Assembly: GCF_009914755.1 (NCBI RefSeq)
Contig: NC_060947.1
Length of the DNA: 64,000 nt
DNA from: the human T2T-CHM13v2.0 reference genome, Homo sapiens
Strand: one strand, 5' to 3'
Shown here: in pieces, positions 51,551-64,000 of the stretch
How positions within the stretch are numbered: position 1 is the first letter of the stretch
Layout: each line of letters begins with the position of its first letter
Translations under genes and position numbers: made by a program
Notes under the pieces: model-generated
What the model saw: only the letters and a program-made list of their open reading frames with translations
What the model was told of the DNA's origin: nothing
Databases searched by the model: none

Positions 51551-53196
51551 TTTATGTGCCTCTAGCCCCATAATTCTAGTTTCAAAAGGCAATCCCATCC
51601 TCTCCCTGGTGGACTAGTATAAGTATTAATTTATAGAGATGTTTATGAAGCATACTGCAGGCAAATCAATATGATAATGAGAGTTAGATATTGATACTAT
51701 ATTATTTTGTAGCTTTCCAATAGTGACTGTTTCATTTCAGGATTGCTTTCCTTTCAGAGGTAGGAAAAATACTTATTTTTAATGTGTGTGTCTATCAGCA
51801 AATATGGTAAAGCATGTTAAGGCCAAGCATGCTGAGCTGATGACATTAACTTATCCTAAATAAGTCTCACATGAGCCAACTGGTTCAGATTAAAGCCCCT
51901 TATTCACCATGATGCAAAGTACTTTTACAATAAAACAAAAACAAAACAAGAGATCACATAGCAAGGGTGTGTGTGCATACATGCCTATGTGCTGCAAGTT
52001 AATAAGTACATTGTGTAAGTACCATGAGACTGTGACTGTGCCAGTGGAGATACAAAAGAAGTAGCAGGCATAATCCTTATCATCAAGGATCTTACAAAAT
52101 ATAGTCTTGAAATTACTAGAAAATAGTTCTGATGCATTATATAAGCAAGGCAGGATAGTAAGAGTAAGACTGTATCTACCAGGGCCAGTGAGATACAGAA
52201 TAAGAGAAAAATCACTATGAGGTAGAGTTAATCTGAACAAACAACACAGAGACTATGCAATCAAAACTATGGGTGGCCTGCCTTTTTACTTTTTGTGGCA
52301 AGACTCAGTATATATTGATATATCATTAAAAATCATTCATTTTGTTTGTATGCAGGCTGTTACCATCGACCACAGGAGACAGAGTTTTCTAAGACTTTAA
52401 AATAATTCTTGGAAGGTAATAAGGTCTGGTAGTTGCTTTCGATTTTCTAAGCAGAAACACAGTGTTCAAGTACCCTTTGTCTACATTCAGAATTGGGAGT
52501 AGGGATGTTTCCTGACACTGTGGAATATTTCACAAGGTTTCATCAAAATTTCAAAATATCAGTTTCTTCATGGTATATCACTTCAGGTCCCTGAGCAAAC
52601 TGGAAGGGGTATGTTCTGTTTTGTTTGCTCTGGGTAGCCTATATCTCTGGAATGTCTGTTTCCTGTCAACTGCCACTAGAGGGAGGCTGATTAAGTGCAT
52701 TTCATTTGTGAATGGAATTTTAAGCAACAGTAAAGGATTCTCACCAAACACACACAGCCCTTTCAGGCCTAATCCTACAAACCCAATTAAAGGTAATGGA
52801 CACTCTATTTGATGAGGCAGTTCAGCTAAGCCAGCACTCTCTGATGGTAGCTAGAGAGGTTATTCAGAATTTTGCAAATGCCATCCATGTCTGCAGGAAT
52901 TTATGCCTTTATATCAGCTGCATAGTAGAGCCTTCTATTTGCAACATGCAAAACAGTAACCACATTTCTTCTTTAAAAATGTATTAGGGAAGAAATTATG
53001 TACTAGAATATTAGGTTTCTTATAATAAGAGCTATAGGGACTTTAAAAATAGGTTTTGGTTGCTGGGAGTAGAAATTTGGTTGGGAGTGATAAATTTTCT
53101 GCATTTATTTATTTCTGAACATTTCCTTAAGCAGTGTGTGCAGGTAAATGAAAATATTATCAAATTTATTTTAAAATAGGACATAAGAACCAGAGC

Positions 53197-53393
53197 AGCG
53201 TTTCTCTAAATAGGGACTGCCTGCAATAAGATCACTTTGTAGGGGGAGTTGTTTAAAAATTCAGATCCCTAGCTTCACACTAGACCTGCTGAATCACTCT
53301 CTGAAGTTAGGGCCTGTGGATCTTTACTAAAAACAAACAAACAAACAAAACTGACCAGGTGTTTCTGATATACTCTAAGGTTTGACAACATTG
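53197..53393. mobile_element. MER5A-like hAT-Charlie MITE
   Basis: cagcgtttctc...agacctgctgaatca...aggtttgacaacattg. Confidence 0.65.
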
Positions 53394-53721
53394 GAAATCG
53401 AAATTGTGGAGTAATTACTTAGGAGCAGGTTTGGTTAGAAAGGGTTACGCAGAAGGGTAATGTGGGTTTGGAGTGCTGGTCAAATTTCTGACAGCTTTTT
53501 ACCTCATTTGCATCTCAATGTTGTTTCTAAAAAAGGAAATGCTAAAAAAGGAAAGTGTCTCATAAAAGAGAAGACTAAAACATTGTGGCATACCCACATA
53601 ATACTATACAACCATTTAAAATAATTTTATAAAATGATATATAAATGCATCTGGAAAGATATTCTTCTATTGTTAATTGAGAAAAGCAAGTCACAAAACA
53701 CACATGTTGTGATTGCTTTCT

Positions 53722-56425
<2,704 letters not shown>

Positions 56426-58262
56426 TTATTGAAAGTGAAAGAAAAGAATCTGAAAGGCTCAAAGTCTCTCACATTCTTCAGATGGCAGAGAAAACAATTC
56501 CTCATTAGATTTCTGATGTTATAATGTTCAAAAAGAGCAAACTAACTTTGCAAAAGAAGATTCCTTAGGTCAAATGTGGTCCTGGGTACAAATGAAACTA
56601 GGAGTTTCTCTATTTGATTTTTATCCACAGATTTGATTTAAAAAAAACCTTGGGGAAGCTCCCAAATTGATTGTGGGTTCTAAAGGGAGGGCTTTGCCAA
56701 ATAAAGTCACTAACATGCAGGAATGGAATTCTTCACCAAATGGACCAGGCAAAAACAACCTCTGCCCTAATTCCCAAACCTAGAATGGGTTATCTTATTG
56801 GCCCTGGTAGAAATGCCTAATTGCCCTTTGGAGTAGTCTAACCCTATTTTCCAGGTAAGAATTTAAACACCAGGGTTTATAAATGAGTGTTCCCAGCTGA
56901 GGTGAGCCATCAGCTGAAAAGTGCTTGAGTGGAAAACTGGCTTAAAACGTTGCCTAGAAACAATTAATAGAAACCTGGATATTAAGAGTTTCGGACTGAA
57001 TTCTATACAAGATGAAGCTGCTTCTCATGCCAGAAGAGACAGAAAAGACATGGCTCTTTGGAAAGTCTCTTCTCTTTCTATAATCTGTGCTGATCTGCAG
57101 TAGTGGTGACTTGTGATTTTACTTTACCAGATATACTAATTACTGCCCTAGGTAATAATACCAGAGAAGATTTTAGGACTCCAAAAAAAATTTATGTAAC
57201 GTTTGTTAAAAGTCCAATAATTAGGAAATTAGCAAGTTAGGCATTAACTATAGAATTTTCCATGGTCTGTCGCTACCAGTGTTTCTCAACTGAACGTTTG
57301 CAATTATCTAACACATGCTAACTCTGTCAATATTTTACCTTTTATTTCTGGTTGGTAACCTTAGGAAAATAGAGCATGTTCTTAATCAAACCAGAGTTCC
57401 AGGTTTGGTTTCCTACTATAGTAACCTTGGCTCTGTCTCATGACCAGAGATCACACCCTAGCCACATATAAAGGCCATAAGGGGAACTGAAAGACTATGT
57501 GTATACTTTAGGTATCCTCATTCATCAACAAGTGATCATGTACTTGTCATAATCATGGCATGTTAACTGGAAAAAAAACAAAAAAGTAGAGGAGGAGCTG
57601 AAAAACTATATTCTGGTTATGATGGACCAATAGGGTTACATTAACACACTATATTTAATACATTTATTTAACATTTGGAGAGGTGCAGGGCAAAGGGGGT
57701 TTGCATCTATTCCATGCCTTAGCATTTTACTTCCACAACCTATGGTCTTAACTTCTGTTGCTAACTTAGTTATCACTATTCAAAATGTAAGAAAGAGAAC
57801 TTGTTTGCTGATACCTCAGGGATCATAAGATTGTGGATTCTGACTAGTAATTCTCAATATGAAATAAAATTAATAGAGGACAAAATGGAGTAAAATTAAC
57901 GGAGGCAAAATCTTAGTTGAGTATCCTGTTGTGTTACAAAGCTCATTGGACCATGGTCTGGAAGCCCGTATACTATTCTTGATGGTATTAATTTTTATTG
58001 TTTCTCAAATTTATTTTTAAAGCCTTGATGTCCTTTGAACAAGATAGCCTATGGAGCTCCTCTGTGGTCCCTAAGCCACCTTTACAAAACTTTAGGGATT
58101 TAATGAATATGGTTTGAAAAGAACCAAACTACTGGAAAGAAGCTCAATGGCCATCCATAGGAAAATTCATAGATGATAATCTCTTCATAAGAGGACGAAC
58201 ATTAAGAATTAACTAGATCTACGTATGTAACATGAATATGTTTCAAGCATGACATTTAATGA

Positions 58263-58993
<731 letters not shown>

Positions 58994-59507
58994 CAGGTGC
59001 TTTTTCTGCCCAAGCCAATTTTGTAGGGACTAATTCTGTTTGGGCTCAGACTGACTTTACAAGGGTACAATCTTGCTTCATGTCTGTTTTGTGTGACTTG
59101 TATGTCCTGCATGGAGGCCTCTCTATTGCCACTGAGGCATAAGAGGCCATTGGACTGGCTCAGCACCCTTGTCTACACAACTCAGAAGTGTGAGGGATGT
59201 AATGCTCCATGGGGAGACTCTGACCAATGGAGACTATTGCTGGCAGATCATTTCTTCTCCTCCTCTTCCCCAATATTTACTTTACTGAGTTATAGTAGTA
59301 AATACAGTCTCGAAGCAACTGGTCCCTAGAAATCAAGCAATCAATTGTGCTTGATACCAAGCAATGGCCAACTCAGGATCATACTTTCCTATTAACACTT
59401 TTTCCCCTGATTCACCTTTTCTTTCCCCTTACTTCTACAACACTGGGATTACACTACCAAATAGTAGTAGCAACACATAAGATTTTGCCTCAGGCTGTGC
59501 TTTTTTT

Positions 59508-59895
59508 AATGTCCCCTCTAATAAATCTCATGTTGAATTATGATCCCCAGTGTTAGAGGTGGGGCCTGGTGGGAGGTGATCATGTCATAGGGGCAGATCC
59601 TGTATCACTTGGTGATGTCCTTGTGATACTGAGTGAGTTATCGTGAGATATGGTTATTTAAAAGTGTGTGGCCCCTCCCCTCCCCTCTCTTGCTCCTGCT
59701 TTCATCATGTGACGTGCCTGCTTCTGCTTGGCCTTCCACCATGAGTAAAAGCTCCCAAAGGCCTCCCTAGATGCCTAGCAGATGCCAGTGCCATGCTTGT
59801 ACACCCTGCGGAACCATGAGCCAATTAAAACTCTTTTCTTTAAAAATTACCCAGTCTTAGGTATTCCTTTATAGCAATGTAAGAATGGCCTAACA
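59508..59895 (+). mobile_element. MSTB-like MaLR LTR
   Basis: aaatctcatgttgaa...ggtggggcctggtgggaggtga...gaaccatgagccaattaaa...tttatagcaatg. Confidence 0.85.
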
Positions 59896-59944
59896 TGCTA
59901 GATTAAGACAGAGTCCATTTACATACATTTTAAAAACACTAAAA

Positions 59945-62900
59945 AAGGAGAGATTAAAGATGCTGATTAGATACAGCTGGGAGGTGCCTTTTCTGTGGAA
60001 AAGAACCAAAATATTGAGTATACCTGCACACTCTGACCAGATCTTTTGAGACAAAACACTGAAATTCAATAGAGAAGTGACAGAAGACACCCTGGTTGAA
60101 GAGGGATGAAGTGAGGCTGCCTGCTTGGTATTGTGAGATACCAGGACTGGCCCCCAGACCGGTGCCATTCCCAAGGAAGTGTTGAGGGAAGAAACCCCGG
60201 GACACCATATTCCCACTGTGGATCTCTGAGTTCCTAGCTACAGGAATTCCTCCAGACTCCTTCAGACCTTTGGACTGGCAGAGGGAGCTGCCTGGAGATA
60301 ACACAGACACATTGCTTGAACCCTAGTAGAGCCCAAAAGTCTTCAGTGTGCTAGGCAGCGACAGCAAAAGCTGACTCTGAGCTCCCCCACCCCCACCCCA
60401 GAGCTTTGCATCCTGCCCTAAGTTGTTACAGGTCCTGCTGTCTGCTAGGCTTGGAGAGAACAGGGCCAGGGAATGCTCACATGCCCAAGACAGGTCCCAC
60501 TGCCATTGCCATGGGGCTGAGGTACAGCCAAAGCATGAAATCCCACATCTGCTAAACCCTCCTAAGACTGCCGGTCTGGCCATTCCCACAGGGGAGGGGC
60601 CAACAACATAGCCTCCATTGTCCCGCCTAGGTGGTTTGTTGATGGCCTAGGTGCAGTTCACCCCCCTGTCACATGTGGTCCTTGACCTTGAGGGGCCAGT
60701 GAACAAATCCGCTGGCCTTGTCCCAGTTTCCCAGGACTTGAGCACACCATCCAGGTGGATGAAAATGAGATTCGTAGCCTGATCTCTAGCAGGGGAGGAG
60801 CCCTCACTGTCAGAATAAGAGAAGAGCACAGCTCGGGTTCATGTAATGGCATGGGAACTCCCTTCAGGAGACCGGGCCAGGAAGGGTGTGGCCTGATAGC
60901 CATGGTTTCTGCCTCAGGGAGTATCATGAATGCCTGGAATGGCTTGGCAATCTGGGTACAGATTGCTTGGGACTAGTCTAGTCAGTTGGGCCTGTTGCCA
61001 GCATTGAATACTGGAGGGAGATCTCCCAAGTCCAGGGTGCAGCAGCTGGGTGGGGTCCCATGGCTGCCTGCTGGGCTGATAACCCCTGGCATCCTTCTTA
61101 CCCTGAGCGTGCTCTGTGGCACAGGAGAGGCGCCGCCACCCCCCACTGGAGGGTTGTCCCAGTAGCCCGAGAGCAGCCCCTAGACCCCTGCGAAGGTAAG
61201 TGTTTACGACTGCCTTGGAGAGCCTGGCTGTGGGCTTGCCCAACCCAGCCCTGCCCAGTTTTGCCCCCTCCAGCCACCTTGGTGGTAGAGTGTGGAGCAG
61301 GACCCCTGGGAGCCCCATACCCTGCCCATTTCAGGAACACCCTAGTACTTCCCCCATCAACAAAGGCCAAGTAAAAAGTCCACTGCCATCAGCGCAAATG
61401 CTGTCCTCGGCAATCGCCATCTACTGGCTGGGACAGCAAACTGCATGACCCATCACAACTGCAAATATCACTGTACAGTGCTCAGCTGGTTCTTGCCTGC
61501 TATCGCCACCTACTGGCCACTAGGGTGAACTGCGTAATCTAATGTAATCGCTGCTGAAAGAAGCACACAGTGCTGGGAAATGAGATAAGCTTCCCAAGGC
61601 CTCCACCTCTCCATCTCTGTTGGTGTGGCACAGCACACCACTACAACAACCTACAAACAACTAGCATCTTAGAAAACCACTACAGTAAGGCTATCTATAA
61701 TCAATGAATTAATACAGAGTGTTGGTGCCCTAAAAGCACAAAGAAGCAAAGCCGAAGGACTCTACCCAACATACACAACAGTAACACACTCAAGCGGGGA
61801 AGAAAAAAATCCCACCGAAATGAAAGTAAGTTTAAAAATAGAAAGTGACAGCTTCTACACATGAAAAGGGACCAGTACAAGAACTCCAGCAACATGAAAA
61901 AACATAACGTTTTGACACCCCTAAAGGACCACACTAGCTATCTAGCAATGGATCCTAACCAAAATGAAAACTTGGAAATGCCAGATAAAGAATTCAAGGT
62001 ATGGATTTTAAGGAAGCTCAGTGAAATACAAAGGAAAGTGGAGAACCAACACAAAGAAATCAGAAAAATAATTGAGGAGATAAAAGATTAGATACATATA
62101 TTTAAAGAAAACAAACAGAACTTCTGAAAATGAAAAACTCACTGAAGAAATTTTAAAACACAGTTGGAGGCTCTAACAATAGACTAAACCAAGCAGAAGA
62201 AAGAATTTCAAGCTTGAAGCCCAGTCTTTTGAATTAACCCAGTCAAAAACAAAGGAAAAAGAATTTTTAAAAATGAACAAAGCCTTCGAGAAAAGTATGA
62301 TTATGTAAAGTGACCAAACCTACAACTTATAGGCATTCCTGAAGTAGAAGAAGAAAATAATAAGAAGTTTGGAAAACGTATTTTAGGGAATAATTCAGGA
62401 AAAATTCCCTGATCTTCCTAGAGATGCAAACACCCAGATTTAAGAAATTCATAGAACACCTGACAGACACTATACAAGAGAAACATTGCCAAGGCATATA
62501 GTCAACAGACTATCCAACATCAATGTGAAAGAACAAATCTTAAAAGCAGCTAAAGAGAAATACAAATCACCTATAAAGGAAATCCCATCAGACTAACAGT
62601 GGACTTATCAGCAGAAACCTTACAAGCCAGAAGCGATCAGGGGCCTATTATTAGCCTCCTTAAATGAAAAATATGCCAGATAAGAATTTTAAATCCTGCC
62701 AAACTAAGGTTCATAAATGAAGGAGAAAGTATTTTCCAGACAAGCAAATGCTAAGGGAATTTGTCACCACTAGACTGGTCCTACAAGAAATGCTCAAAGG
62801 TGTGATAAACATGGAAACAAAAGGATGATACTTACCGTCATAAAAGCACATGTAAGTAGAAAGCTCACAGATCCTATAAAGCAGTTACACAGTTGAGACT

Positions 62901-64000
62901 TAAGGTAACTAGGAAACAAAACCATGACAGGTACAAAACTTCGCATGTCAATATTAACTTTGAACATAAATGGCCTAAATGTACCAATTAAAAGATATAG
63001 ACGGGCAAGTTGGATTTAAAAAAAAAATAAGATCCAACCACCTGCTACCTATAAGAGACCCACCAAATGTCTAAAGACACCTACATGCTCAAAGTAAAGA
63101 GATGGAAAAAATATATATTATGCAAATGGAAAACAAATGAGAGAAGGGGTAGCCATTCTTATATCTGATTAAAACACACTATAACAATAGTAAAAAAAAA
63201 AAAAGACAAAGAAGGGCATTAAATAATGATAAAGGGTTCAATACAGCAAGAAGATGTAAGTATCCTAAAAATATGTGCACCCAACACTAGAGTATCGAGA
63301 CTCACAAAACTAATACTACTAGACCCAAAGAAAAAACACTGATAACAATACAATAATAGTGGGAGACTTGAACATTCCAGTGACAACACAAGACAAGCCA
63401 TCAAGGTAGTTGGTTTTCTGCCTTGATGACCTGTCTAGCATTGTCAGGAAAGTCAACAAAGAAACTCTGGACTTAAACTGGACTCTTGACCAAATGGACC
63501 TAACAGACATTTACAGAACATTCTACCCAACAACTGCAGGATATACATTTTTCTCACCTGTGCATGGAACACTCTCGAAAATTGACCATATGCTTGGCCA
63601 TAAAGTAAGTCTCAATAAATCAAAAACATTGCAACCATATCAAGTATCATCTTGGACAACAGTAGAATAAAATTAGAAATTATTACCAAGCATAACTCTC
63701 AAAGCTACACAAGTACATGGAAACTAAATAATTTGCTTCTGAATAACTTTTGGGTAAACAACAAATGAAGGGAGAAATAAAAAATTTTGGGAAATGAATA
63801 AAAATCGAAACAAAACATACCAAATCTCTGGAATACAATAAAAACAGTGCTAAGAGGAAAGTTTATAGTATTAAATGCCTACGTCAAAAAGGTAGAAAGA
63901 TCTCAAATTAAGAACCTAATGTCACACTTCAAGGAACTAGAAAAGCAGGAACAAACCAAACCCAAAGCTAGCAGAAGCAAATAAATAACAAAGATCAGAG
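59945..64000 (+). mobile_element. Old primate L1 (L1PA13-16-like) with long GC-rich 5' UTR, ORF1 (~61861-62855) and ORF2 start (62924-); runs off the window
   Basis: ORF1 remnant MKRDQYKNSSN...MPDKEFKVWI; ORF2 endonuclease remnants LTDIYRTFYP, SKIDHMLGHK; many stops. Confidence 0.88.

Noticed and set aside
59890-61450. GC-rich region with many overlapping ORFs as a CpG-island gene start
   Set aside because: It is the long 5' UTR of the old L1 leading into ORF1 at 61861; ORF density follows GC content.

Overview
Repeat-dense hominid (human-like) genomic DNA with no confidently identifiable cellular gene, RNA gene or CRISPR array. The main feature is a + strand HERV9/LTR12 provirus (21614-36285, GTAA target duplication) that sits inside an old MLT1 LTR and has a full-length antisense L1PA6-like element inserted in env. 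That insertion creates a 204-codon frame (34979-35593) starting in the L1 antisense-promoter region and running in frame through the env TM subunit downstream of the fusion peptide, with an intact LTR poly(A) signal after it. This is the best candidate for a new chimeric transcription unit. Also present are an internally deleted HERV-L provirus, a second full-length L1 (PA2/PA3-like), truncated and inverted L1s (one with a 3' transduction), an old + strand L1 running off the right edge, Alus, MIR/L2, MaLR LTRs, DNA-transposon MITEs and several templated-insertion scars. Subfamily names come from recalled consensus features, not from a database search.
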